Assembly: GCA_965202585.1 (NCBI GenBank)
Contig: OZ241831.1
Location: forward strand, 43,896,001 to 43,960,000
Direction: 5' to 3'
DNA: 64,000 nt
DNA from: Thalia democratica
Taxonomy: Eukaryota
The position numbers and the translations under genes are program-made. The notes beneath the pieces were generated by a model, which did no database searches, had not been told where the DNA came from, and saw only the letters and a list, made by a program, of their open reading frames with translations. Below are positions 51,001 through 64,000 of the stretch, piece after piece (position 1 is the first letter of the stretch; every line of letters begins with the position of its first letter).

Positions 51001-54000
51001 TCCTGATAACATCGGTTACATGGCAAGAACTGACGCTAAAATTAACTCTTTTCAAATAAGCCCTTGGTGAGTGGAATAGCGCTGTCTGTTTTTTAAGATA
51101 AGCTGTTGTAAACATAACATTATTAGCTTATACTAAAACAAAAAACTATAATATGTTTTGATTAAGTTTTAATTTGAACTTGAATTTATTATTATTTTTT
51201 GTTTTGGGGTTAATTAATGTTAGCTTGTTATTACAGAGAAGTAACTTTACAATTAAAAAAATAATATTTCATTTTGTTGTTAACGAAAAACGACAAACGA
51301 AAATATTAAAAGTTCTTCTTTAATTGCTCAGTCTTTTAAACAAATACTCAACATCTTAATACTTGAAACTTTCGAAGGTTCCGAGTGCCGTACCCATTTC
51401 AGTTCGGCTTTCCCACCTTCACAGTAGCCAGTTTCGTAGCTGTGATGTCGGGTACGATCGCCAGTGTCATCGAGAGCATCGGGGATTATTCTGCTTGCGC
51501 CTCCTTCTGCAAGACCCCGTCACCCCCTCCCAAGCACGCCATTAACAGGTTACTTGCATGTAGAAACAGAAAAAAATCCTAAAGTTTTTTGACTTTTTAA
51601 ACAATAAAAACTTTTAATAAATAATACTTGAAATATTCGCAATAAAGATGAAATTGTTAATAGTGTAAAGATATAAGCTAAAAAATTTTAATTCAAGCGT
51701 AATTTAATTCAGTTTAAAGTTTTCTAGTGTATTATCTAGTTGTAAGTATAAACTTTTTTAAATGGGTTTTGCACTAAACAAGCAACTGTTTAGTTTTACT
51801 TGCTAACGTTTTGTTCTGTGAGCAGAGCTTAATCCTAACCAATAATCGAGTTTTGAAACAACAAGTTTAAAAAAATGTTATTAAGTCTATTTTTTGGTGT
51901 GGTTGTAAACACATGTTAGTAGTCACATGCTCTTTTTGGGTTTTTAAGTACCACAAGTCTAATAATTACATAATGATGATGTAACTAAATATAGAGAAAA
52001 AAAAAAAGTCCTACAGGCCCCTGCAATAACGACTAATCAAATTGTACTTTACTGAACTTTAAAATAAAGTTCAATGTCAAAATCGTAAAGTTTTATTACT
52101 TGATGTAGAATACCACAAACATGAGTTTTATTTTATTGCTGTTAGGTATGTAAACAAACATCAAGGGAGTTTTTTCCCGTTACCAGCTTCTGTTTGCTTT
52201 AGAGTTTTATCAACAACAGCAAGTTGTTAAACACTACTAGTAATCTCTCAGGTTTACTAGTACTGTTTAATCAACTTGTTTAAAATTTATAAATTTCTTT
52301 TACGTAAATGTTTACTTTTCTATCATATAAAGTTCTAGAGACTTTATTGCTGTAATTCTTTAAAAATAGCTATTTATATTTTATAACTCTACAATACAAT
52401 AAGATTAGTAGTTGTTTTTATAAACGTAAAATAAAATACTGGAATTTAATTTTTATAATAGAAACATATATTTCAATATGTTTAAAATTAATGCTTTTTT
52501 AAAATTTCATTTATGGCTAGACTATTTTAGTAACAGAGTGATAACTTACATTCCAATTATTCTTTGATATCTTTTTAAAAAATTCAAAATGACGTTTTAA
52601 AATTAATATTTTTTGGGCTCGGTATTTTTAAGTACAAAAAAAAAACACCTGACCATTTTAGAGAAAAAAATAAAACAACCCTGTTACTCAACTAATACTA
52701 TAATTGACTATCACTTCCAAAAGGTATGCGACTCGATAACCGAAAGGTTTGTTCGTGTTCCAAGTCCTAGGATCTAATATTTTGAGCGTCTTATTTGTCG
52801 CTGAATAAAATATAATAATAACTTTTACTTCCAGGGGTATCATGGTCGAGGGGATCGGTTGTATATGGACAGGTGTGCTCGGTACTGGTACCGGGACCAC
52901 GTCTTTCAGTGGCAACGTGGCCGCAATACAAATCACCAAAGTCGCAAGCAGAAGGGTTCGTATTCATGTAGAACAATAAACTTAAGTTAAAACTAACATA
53001 TAGCTGTGTTTAAATGTTTGCTAAAGTGTTATTTTACCAAAGTTGATAATTCTGAAGTATACGATCAACAAAACATTTTTTGTGAGTTTAAATGTTTACA
53101 AAGGTTTCATAAAAAAGTTTGCCTTAAAAATTTTCGTTTAAAAGTTAAAAAAAAACTAGTTGAGGTATTTTAGAAATTTTGAAAACTATATTAGCAAAGA
53201 ATAGCTTGAATTTAATGTTAATTAATAGCAAAACTGTTAGAAAACTATCACTTTTGTAATTACTAAGCTTTTAAAGTAAACAATAAAAATACAACTTTGT
53301 ACGTAGCCAAGCTTGATCTGAATACTTATCATCAAAAGCTTTTTATATGAAATAGAACAAAGTATATTTATACTTAACTATTTGTTTGCAATACTCAGGT
53401 AGGGCAAGTGGCGGGAATTCTGCTTGTGTGCATCGGATGCTTCACAAAAGTAGGTGCCTTGTTGTTCACCATACCCGAACCAGTATTCGGCGGGATTTTC
53501 ATCGTGCTCTTTGGTATGATCATTGCTGTCGGGGTGGCAAATCTCGAAACTGTCGACCTAAAATCCAGCAGGTTGGTAAATTGCCAAGTTATTTTGTAGT
53601 AAATACTTCTACGCTAAACAATTTAACTGCTCTTTTTCTTATGTTGTTACTTAATTTAAGAGATTTTGTAGAAGTTTTCGTAAGTTTTTAAAAGGATTTT
53701 AAATAAACAATTCATAACAAAAAGTAACATTTTAAACTTAATTTCATTTTACTAGTTTTACCGTTTCAGTTAAGTATGTTTAGAAAAATTCATTGAAAAA
53801 CTAAAGTTAAACTTTTTTTAACAGAAACTTGTTTGTGATTGGATTTTCCTTCTTCCTGGGAAGAATGATCCCGGAGTGCATCAGGAAGGGACACTTCTCC
53901 GTGGAGACGGGCGCGGGGCAGGTCGATCAGATACTGGCTGTTCTGTTGGGTTCATCATTGTTTGTGGGTTCCCTGGTTGCCGTTGTCACTGACAACACTT

Positions 54001-54626
54001 TACCAGGTTTGTGACAAATTAAAAAAAAATTTTTTGATATTAGCTTAAATAGTTGGTTTATTTTTCATGGTTACAAATAGTTTATGAAACATGTTTAAAA
54101 TTAGAGGTTTTCTATTACTTATTTTGTATCAGTATGATCCATCTAATAAAACAGATAAAAAGTTTGTAGTTAGCATGTTTAGTTTACTTTGTTAACAACT
54201 TTTGTCATAATTTAACGTTTAAAACTAAGTCAATGTTTTTATTTTGATTAGCATCAGCGGCAGACTCTCATTTGTAATGACATCTTATAACTTAAATTAA
54301 AAGCTAATAATTAAAATATTTTTTGAAGGCACTTTAGAAGAGAGAGGTTTCACACAAAACGCAAATAACGAAGACTCACAAAAATATAAATGTTACGATC
54401 CTCCAGTGCTAACTAACTCATGGTTGGTTTATTATTGTATTAAAAGATTGTTTTAATATTATTAGCTACATAAATAAATATTTGATATGGTTTACTTGAA
54501 GTATTTGACTTTTTAAAGGTACTAATAAATAACTTTTTTTTCAGGATTGCAAAGTACCTTCCAATATTTCCGAAACCAGCTGATCGAAAAGGCAATGATG
54601 AGTTGAAAGATGACTATCAGCTGTAA
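48045..54626 (+). CDS. SLC23 / nucleobase-ascorbate transporter (NAT/NCS2) family member, 595 aa, 12 exons
   Basis: Exons 48045-48197, 48448-48614, 48891-49098, 49440-49621, 50559-50676, 50930-51066, 51378-51548, 52835-52955, 53399-53571, 53825-54006, 54329-54422 and 54545-54626 total 1788 nt in one open frame with GT-AG introns. Motifs [54 protein letters not shown] and DNTLPGTLEERG. Confidence 0.95.
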
Positions 54627-57600
54627 TTTGTTTAATATAAAAAATGAGAGAAAAAATGTTTCAGCTGTTCATTTCTAAATAAACATATAGTTGACTGTGA
54701 AATCTTCAAAAGATGTTTTACTTATAAGAAAGCACTGGTTAAATGGCTTAAAACATAAAGGTTTTTGTATTCCGAAGTTTAAGGAGCCTTAACTTTTTAT
54801 CAAGTTTAGATAAGTTTTTTTTTTCCTTTTCTAAAAAACTTTGAAAATGTGTTTCAAATAACTTCCGGTTTTAACTAAATACTTGCAAGCTATTATTATT
54901 TTTTCAATGTTTTGTGTACTAACTTTTTTTTACTATTATAATGCTTCTGTATTTTTTTTAATAAGTTTAAAAGGTGTTCTAGAAATTTATTCGAACTTTT
55001 ATTTTGAACTTGTTTGTGTTTAGTTTTGAGTTTTTTGAGGATATCAGAAAAAGAGGTGGAAAATACTTCAGAAAAAAGAAGAAAAAAAGTTAATACATTG
55101 TTTTTGTTAACAAATAATAAAAAAATAAATTCTGTAACTGTTATCTTTTTTGTAATTTAACTGTATTTTATTTAGAAGTTTTAATTTTTGTTTATGTTGT
55201 ATTATAAACACTAAATAAGTTACCTTACAATCATTTAAAGCAAAATTTTATATATAAAGAAATATTGGTCAAGGAAAGATTTAACAACTTATATAAAGTA
55301 ATTTATTTAATAAATCAGACAAGAGAACATATTTAATAATTCACGATTACCTTTTCTAAAGGCTTATTTTCAGTTCATGCGAACTCGTAAAAGTATCGAA
55401 AACAAGTTTAATTACCAAAAATAAATAATTAAAAAAGTAAATTAAGCAAAGCTTAATCACATGTAGCTATACTAATATTTGTATTAAGATTTTATAAGTT
55501 GTACTTGTGTTTACATTTTTATTGTTTATAAAACTTTAGGTTTCAGTGAATTAACTAGTAAAACATATAATCATAGACTAGTGGTTTTATTTCTTTATTT
55601 TTTCGCAAAATGTATTAAAATACGATAACAATTAAACAGAAACTATTAGCTTTCAAAAAAAAATTGTTGATTATTTTTAGAAAAGGATTTCAAAAGTTTT
55701 GTAAGAAATTGTTTTACTCCAAAGTAGAAATACTTGAATGTTTAAATTTAGAAATTTATCATAGAGTTATAAGTTACATAGATCTAGTTTTATCATAATA
55801 TTTAAATAGCATGTATTAAAAAAAGGTAGTTGATAAATTTAAATAACATCTTTAAACATTAAAAATTTATGAGTGTAACTTAAAATATGTTTTAAAAAAT
55901 CGGTAAGTTTAAATCTTTAATAAAAAATTATTTATTTTTAAAAGCTATTTAACTTGTAAAATCTAGAAAACTAAATTCTGTTTAAAAAAAATTTCATCAC
56001 ATAATTCTTCTCAAGTTTATGTCTACCCCAAAAAATATATTGTAAACTTTCTAATTTGTTTCTTTCTTCTTTCAAAAAATTGACCTTTTTTCATTGAAAA
56101 AACAAAATAAAATTGCCTTAAAATTATTAAATAATTGAAATTTGTATTATTATTCATTCCATTATGACAAGTATTTATCGCTATAAAACAAAATTAAATG
56201 GATTTTTTTAATTTGAGCCTGATTTTTTTTACTTTGTTCTCATTATCTTAAATATTATGTTTTTATCACTACTTTTACTATTTAGTACAAATAATATTGC
56301 ATTTTTAAATAAAAACTCCAGTTCTATAACAGTTTTAATAGTAATAATTAGAGTTTATGACTTTTTATTATCAGTTTTAGTTAAATTAGTCTTCAAATTG
56401 TATATATTAAAAACATAAAGTGTTAAAAAAATTACTAAACAAAAGAATATTTTTAAATAAAGAATGCTGCTTTTTAATGTGGTAATAATATACAGTTTTA
56501 ATAAGTATATATAACTAAAAACAAAGACTTAAAATGTAGCAAACATAAAACTTTCGACTTGATAAAAATCAAAATTTTACAAAACATTTAAGCGCATCAC
56601 ATTTTTAATGTTTTAGGAAGTATATTCCTAAAACAATCAAAGCTTGGGAAAAGGATTGGCTATAATTTTAAAAATTTGCTCAATTTTCAATCGTTTGGAT
56701 AACTCAGTGAAGTTTGTAAGGATTCTATTAACATTAAAAAATTTAATAAGAGGTTTATAAGGTGTATAGAACTTGTTTATATAAGCGAATGTAAAAGCAA
56801 ATTTCAACCATATATTAGTTGATGATTTTTATAGAATAATTTTTTAACTAGTCAAGATAAATGAACTAGATAGTATTTAGTAAATTTGTAAGTAAAAATA
56901 AAAACACCATAAAGTATTAAACATAACTTAAAACTGTTATTCAAAAGTAGTGTGAAAATGTTTGAACATCGTTTTAAAATGTAAATAGATTAGTCAATAA
57001 GTAGTAAGATCAAAAACTATTGGTGTTGTATAAAAAATTAATACTACATAAAAATATCAAAAAAATACTAAGTTTGGATGGAATTCCACGTTTTTTTTTG
57101 GTTATTAACAACCAGTGTTAGATTTCTTCCAAAAAATTAAGCTACCAAAATAAATAAAAGTTACAGCCATACTTTAAAAATTAAAACAAAACATAGTTTT
57201 GATGTCAAAAAGACTTACAAGTTTTTTTTTCATATGTTATACAAACAACTACTTATCACAAAAATTAAAACAATATTTCTTTAGTTGTACGTATGATAGT
57301 GGTTTTTATATTCGTGAAAAGTATTGTTAATTTCAGTTTGAAATAAAACAAAGTCAATAAAAGCAAATAATTTTTAGTTTTTCAATCTTTTAATTTGAAA
57401 AAATATATAATATATGCTTCAAGACTTTTTATTAAGCTTATTGAACGTGACAAAAAATCAACGCTAAAAAGTGTTATTCTGACTTTGTTTATAAAAACAC
57501 CTTTTGGTTATTGAACTGCATAACAACTTAAGTTTGAGGAACTCTTTCAAAAAATATTTTATGTTTATAATTTAACTTAAAACGACTCAATTTTTGTTGT

Positions 57601-58536
57601 AGGGGATACATTAAGTAACTACATATTTAGATAGGAAAAAAATTGTTTAGTGTATATTAAAAAAAATTGTTGCATGTTTAGTAGAACATATAAGGCCTAA
57701 TTAAATATTGATTGAAAAGGGTACTAATTTCATCAAATACAATGATCGACCAGAGTCAAGGTTTTAGATTAAAACTTGTTTATTACAAAACTTCAGTGAT
57801 TGGCACCAAGTCCTACCAAAAAGTATAACAAAGAATAAACATAAATACGTGTAAAGTATATAGATTTGTTTTCGATTAGTCAGCTTTGAAGGTTAGTTTT
57901 AATTTTAGGTTAAAAAGAAATAACACAAGCTTTTAATACACAAGTACAAGACAAAAAATTTAATCGGTTAATTTTGAGAAAACTAAAAAGCAAATAACTA
58001 TTAAAACTATGTTTAAGCATCCAAAGCTAGTTAAAAAGATTATAGCGAGTTTGTTTTATAAAAACTTTTTTACATAAAAGTAAAATGGTTAGGTGTAAAG
58101 TACTTGAACATTTAATATAAAAAAAATATAAAGAATCTTATTTATACTTTTAAAGTAAAATTGGAAACAATAATACGTAATAATAAAAACTTAAATTACA
58201 TTTATTACTAACCCTGCTTTCATTTTAGATAAACTTTTTTAAAGTTAAATGTAACCTAAACTGGCAAATTTGTAAGTTAAAAAGTCTAAACCACATCCAA
58301 AGATAATGTCTTGAGGTTTTTTAAGACTGAATTGTCGTCTATACGACTCAGCCAACTTCCATATGTTATGCGTAATGCAAATTTAGTCTACTTTATTGTA
58401 ATAAAGCTCAAACACAAAATAACTCTTTAAACTGTAGAAAAACAACCGTAATAGCTAAAATTATCAGGTTCTTTTCGCGCTTGAGTTTGTTTTGGAACAA
58501 AGTTCATAACAGTTCTACCTTTTGGTAGCTATAACA

Positions 58537-59810
58537 TAGGGATGGGCAACGTAAATAATTGACGGGGCGAATCAAAAAAAATTAGTCCTCAGCGGGCCGG
58601 AGCATTTCGAGTAAGTGATCTACCGGATTCAGTTGGATCCTTTTTTAGATCCGGATCTTTATTCAAAAATATTATCCGGATCCGGCTAAATACTAGTTTT
58701 AGACAAGGTTTCTTATCCGAATAGAACTAATTTCAAAAGACATGGATCCGGCTAGATGCTAATTGATCTGGTGTTTAAAAATTTAAATCAATTTATTAAT
58801 TACCAAGGTAATCAAGTATAAAATTTTAAGTTTATTTTTATAGAGTACTCATAATTCTGTATTTATTACAACTCTGGACCGATTTAATACTAGTTGGTTT
58901 TATAAAAACAATAATTTACTTACTAAAAGTTACTCGAGCCTGAGATTTCAAACTAAAACATTAAAATTTTTTAACAATTTGAAATTATCTAATCCTTGGC
59001 TCGAGGCTACATTATTAATATTATTCAGAAGTTCAATAACATTACAATATTAAACTAATATATATATATATATTTTAATTTATGAAGATTCATTCAAAAT
59101 TTTGTTAAATTGTAAACTGTTATTACAAAAATACACAAATAAATTTCCTAAACTAACCATACTTAAAGTTAATGAGATATTGTTTTGAAATATTGTCATC
59201 AGTTGGTTATAATTAAACTTAACCATTAAATTGATCAAAATTCCTTAATTAAATATCAAAAGCAGAAAAAAGTGCAAACTGTAGTCTCAACTTGGAATAT
59301 TCTACTAAAATGTGAAGTTGAGCAGTTTTACTTAAAGTAGGTGTCAATGTTATTAAAAACTAATTTTCTTAACATTTATAAGAACAACTCACTACACATC
59401 TTGGAAAGACATCATTTTTTATAAGTCCTTTTTCATGAAAATCAATATGATAGGTACGATTAGTAAAGCTAGTTCAGCAAACAATTTTTTTTGATAATTT
59501 GAGAAAGAATGAATTCAACTAACTTTAAAAAGGACAAGGTACTATAACAAAAGAGTTTTTTTTACTACAAAAATTAAAAGCCACTTTAAAAACGTTTTCA
59601 GGTTAAAATCTTACAGTTTTTTTTGTGAAAATAATTTAGAAAAGGTTTTGTAGAAATTTTGTAATATTAACATTCGCTTGTAGGATTTCATTTAAATTTT
59701 GAAAATGCCTAGCGGGCCGGATAAGTTTTGTCCGCGGGCCGGATTCCATTTAAATTTAAAAAAGGTTTGGGGGCCGGATCCGGCCCGCGGGCCGTACCTT
59801 GCCCACCGTA
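58537..59810. mobile_element. hAT/Charlie-like non-autonomous element
   Basis: Imperfect TIRs tagggatgggcaa / ttgcccaccgta, subterminal cgggccgg and cggcccgcgggccg motifs at both ends, and ataaca on both flanks (58531-36 and 59811-16). Confidence 0.75.
58612..58752. mobile_element. Fragment of a second TIR element with atccgg/ccggat repeats, nested in the Charlie-like element
   Basis: gtgatctaccggat followed by a cluster of ggatcc, atccgga and atccggct motifs not found elsewhere in the host element. No second end was seen. Confidence 0.5.
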
Positions 59811-62800
59811 ATAACAGCAGCGCAATAAATCACAACTGGTTTTAATTTTATGTAAAAGATAAAAACACAGAAACTCTATCAATGAAAAGGCAAATAAACA
59901 TATCTAAAATAGGTATAAAACTGCAATAAAAGACTGACAGTGTACAAAAAACAGGGTCTAAAGGAGCTAGTGGCAAAAAGTATAAATTATATTTAATAAT
60001 AAAATCTTATGGACAATGCTTTATTTTTAACATTGAAATGAAGCTACTGAACAGAAATGCAAACAAGACAGTCTGATAGTAAAATATTTTATTAACTTTC
60101 TAACTTCTTTTGTTTCTTCAACAAAATTTAGTATATGCAAGTCAATTCGTGAATACACAGCTAAACAGACTTAAACATCTAATAACAATTTTTTTTTTAA
60201 CAAAACTAACATTATCTTCGCAAATTTAAATTTGAGTTTTACTACAAAATCAACAATCTTTCGTTCGCCGTCTGTTGTAATTTCAGCAAATTAATCAGGC
60301 AATAAACTGCTAAAGTATAAAACTGGAACAGTTAATACGCAAAAAAAAAAACTGTAGCAAATTGTTTTCAAATGTAAGTTAGGTTTTTTAGTTTTATATA
60401 AAATAAATGCTTTAGTGAAACTAAGGTATTGAATTGTATATTATCATAAATTTCTTAAAACTTTTTTGTGGTGGTTTTTAAACTTTCTTAAAAGTTTTAC
60501 CTTTAACTGCTGCAAAATAATCTATAACTATGTAATATAAGTACACTAATCTTTAAACTTCTCATGGAAAATCTACCAAACAAGAATATTTTCATCGTAA
60601 AAGGCTTTCCTTAAAAATAATAATAGTAGTAGAGTTTATACTTTATATTAGAGTTAGGCAATGTATGGTCCGCAAATAGATAGATAGGCTTTTCATTAAA
60701 AAAACTATACATTAAGTTCAACTTTTTAACCATAAATATTTTAATAAGTATTATTAATTTAGTCTATTGTACATATAATCGCTTATTAAAAAACTATTTT
60801 GTCACAAATTTACTTTATAAACTTTTTAATTTTTCATAGTGCAACTTCCAAATTATAAAACAGACCCCTTTAATTTGTTTCTAACAAGCCTGTTTTGCAG
60901 TAATTTTTTTGGTAAATCTAGCCCGCTTATAGAAAAATTACCGCACCCATATACTAGAAATAATGATTAATTTTGATATTAAGGTTTATTTATTATAGCT
61001 TTAAATGATAAGTAGGTTAATGCAAGATAAACCAAAAAGCATCCCTTAAGAAACAGAAGTTGCAATTTAACAATGCTTTATTACTTTTTTTATATACTAG
61101 TTTGTTAGCTACTGATAAAAAAACGATATACAAAAAAAAAGTAGAATTAATTCAAAAATTGTGTTAAGTGTTTAATTAATTTTATTGTTCACATATATTT
61201 TAATTAACTTCTTTATGTTGAAATATTTTACAAATAAGTACTAAATTGAAAAGTAAATATTTAGTGACTAAAAACTTTAAAAACTTAAAGACACGATTAA
61301 AAAAAAAGTTTTGCAAATTCAGTTATATTTATTACGACAATATGTGATACAAAATATTTATTTAAAGGTTATAACAGAAGTATTCAAGGGAAATTCAAAC
61401 TAATTTGTTTCAGTTGCAAGGCTGATCTTTGTTGTGGAGTCGCTTAACCCTTTCGTATTCCAACTTACGATGAAAACCGCTGTAAAATTTGTTTTGTAAA
61501 AATAAAATGAACTTTTAATTATAAACATTTTTAAGCTAGAACATATTAAAGGCAAATATATTAAAAAATATATATATATAAAACAAACATAATACGCAGC
61601 ATTTCAAAAAAAAAACTAAAAAATACGTTTGTTTTCGGTAAACACAGTAATACTGATTTAATCTTGAATATCTTTTGATGTATTGTATACCTAATTTTGT
61701 TAACAAATTTATAGAACTTTAAGTATTAATATCAAGCAGTAATCAAAGAGTCCGAAACAAAACAAATCACTTAATAATATTTACAGTGATATGTCTATAC
61801 AAAATAATTACATTCTAAAGTCAAATAAGTCTTGTTTAAAAATTAAACATCTACTAACACGTATATATGTACATATATATATACATATTATTTAAAATAA
61901 TTTTAAGTGGGCTTAGTGAAAAGTAAATTAGCTAAGCAAGTTCTAAAATAAATAAATATATATATATATACTATGTAAGCTATAGTGGAAAACAATTATA
62001 GAAAATCAGTCATCAAAGTAAAACACAAGTATTCAGCCAGAGCAGGGCCGAAAAACAAGTAAATCTGGCTGAACTAAAAGTTGTTGAAACTTACACTAGA
62101 CATTCTTAGGTGTTTCTAATGAAAAATTAAGTCACGTTGTAGCTAAAACTGCGGCCCAGAAAGAATTTTATTTTTTAAATTCGACCCGCAATCACCCTCA
62201 TTCCTGAGCTAAAACAATAATAAATTACAATATTTTCAAAAACTTTATAAAAAAAGTTAGGGTTTAAAAAAAAAATAAAAAAACAAACTTGTCTAAAAAC
62301 AATACAATAGTAATTATAACCTTAACAAAATAACGTAACTAGAGATTATTTGGCTTAACCTAATTAAAAAGATCTTATAATATTCGTTTTTATTAATTTT
62401 TTAAATTAGCAAAAATATAACACTACTTTGAAAAATTATATCAAAAAAATACAACACTTTTTTTTAACTTATTACATCGTTTTCAACCCTAAAGTAAGTC
62501 AGATTAAGTTCTCCAAAAAAATATTGATAAGCCATTTTCTATATGCATAACCTAACATACATTTAAATCTTTTTTTTTTACCTGACATTAATTACAGGCA
62601 ATTTATGCAGATGATTTTATTGTACCTCGTACTACTTTGATTAGAACCAATTTTAATTGTAATTTTTGAAACATCTTTAATGGTTTTCAATTGAAAAAAT
62701 CATGACAAAGGTTTGAGAATATTGAAAAAATTATTAGTATTGTTTTTGGAAAATATTATACAAAATAAATGTCAATAAATAAGTATCACAAATTGAGTTT

Positions 62801-63258
62801 TATTTATATAACACTTAAAAAATATATTTTTAATTAAAAATAAGTAAAAAAAAAGCATATAAAGATTTTAAGATAATTATCAGCTAGCAAATAGTTAAAC
62901 TAAACAAACATTTTTACCAAACTAAAACAAAACTTTAACACTTCTAGCAAAGTCTTACTTTGTAATACTTTATACAACTTTTTTAATATATAAAATCATT
63001 ACTTTAAATGAGAAGTACTCACTTTGATACAGTATATAACAATAAACATACAATAAACAGTTTTAAATGCTGTAAAACTAAATCAAATTAAGAAAAACAA
63101 TTTATTAAATAAATAATCAAATAGTTTTTTTTTACATTTTGATTATATTTCATATTTAACTAAAATATACAAAAAAAAAGGTAACAAATTAAATTAGATT
63201 TTAATCATCCACTGTTAAAGTTAGTTATTACAGCGCAGTAAAAAAAGTGAAACAAAAG

Positions 63259-63400
63259 ATGAAAGAAGAAGAAAATTACAGAGGAGCACTATTTGACAAT
63301 AGTTGTGTTTTCGATTTAAAATTACATTTTTCATATAGTAACATCTTTAAAAAACGCACAAAATTTTCAGTATGCGACCATTGCGTCCACAAAATTGAAG
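63259..63400 (+). CDS. Possible first coding exon of an unidentified gene continuing beyond the window
   Basis: An acceptor-like ttattacag (AG at 63232-33) is followed by ATG at 63259, an open frame (MKEEENYRGALFDNSCVFDL...CDHCVHKIE) and a GT donor at 63401. No family was recognised. Confidence 0.25.
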
Positions 63401-64000
63401 GTTTAAGTATAATTATTAGCTGTGTAAAAAGTCATCAAAGTAATTTATGATTCACAACCTTATTGTGAACTTTCGTGCTATGGTGATATTTCCAAAAAAA
63501 AAAGAAGGAATAAGTAAAAGTTGTATATAATATTTTTTTATATTTCAAATAAGATGTAAGAAAACAGTACATTTAAAAAAATATGATAAAAAAATTAATG
63601 ATAATGACTACTTTAAAAAACTTAAGTTAATAAGTAAACCACTATTTTTGAAAATAATAAGAAAGAAAACTACTACTACAAAAAATAGTGCTATAAACAC
63701 CTTAACTGTTCTTGTAAAAAATTTTTTATGTTTTAAATAAACTAACTTAACAATTAATTAAAATTTAAAAATTATTTTATGTGATATGAATAAGATATTA
63801 AACTGTAGACAAAAAAAACATTCTTTAACGGTTACATAGTAAAATGTTTTAATATACTATAGATTAAATTGAAATTCAAATTAGTTTTTCTTTAAAATAA
63901 AAATAATCAAAAACTTCGATACATACATTTGTCGTCACATTTTAAGTAAAAATAGCCTGAGTGATCAAAAACTAGATTAGTTTTTAAAAAAGCCCAAACA

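Noticed and set aside
61444-61480. ttaaccctttcg, a piggyBac-MITE-like left end
   Set aside because: No matching right end in the window.
1-64000. tRNA, rRNA, CRISPR arrays, autonomous transposase or reverse transcriptase
   Set aside because: None recognised by eye; a covariance-model scan would be needed to exclude small RNAs formally.

Overview
Very AT-rich, intron-rich animal genomic DNA. It is probably an ascidian/tunicate; this is an inference from gene families and composition, not verified. I rebuilt four intact genes by hand with consistent splice phases. (1) A 3-exon secreted SOD3-fold protein of 176 aa on the minus strand (5881-7561). It keeps the four structural cysteines but has lost all Cu/Zn ligands. 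(2) A 13-exon alpha7-like nicotinic acetylcholine receptor alpha subunit of 490 aa on the minus strand (10257-22010). It has one GC-AG intron and unusual binding-site and pore residues. (3) WDR4/Trm82, 6 exons, 358 aa, plus strand (36331-42085). (4) An SLC23/NAT transporter, 12 exons, 595 aa, plus strand (48045-54626), with a variant NAT signature. There is also a BACK-Kelch pseudogene with multiple lesions (25186-26967) and several non-autonomous hAT-like elements that repeatedly show 6-bp target-site duplications. The most striking non-coding feature is a type I hammerhead-ribozyme-like fold in nAChR intron 5. It lies in the sense orientation of the pre-mRNA, has a 4-nt insertion in its catalytic core, and is enclosed by a perfect 17-bp inverted repeat.
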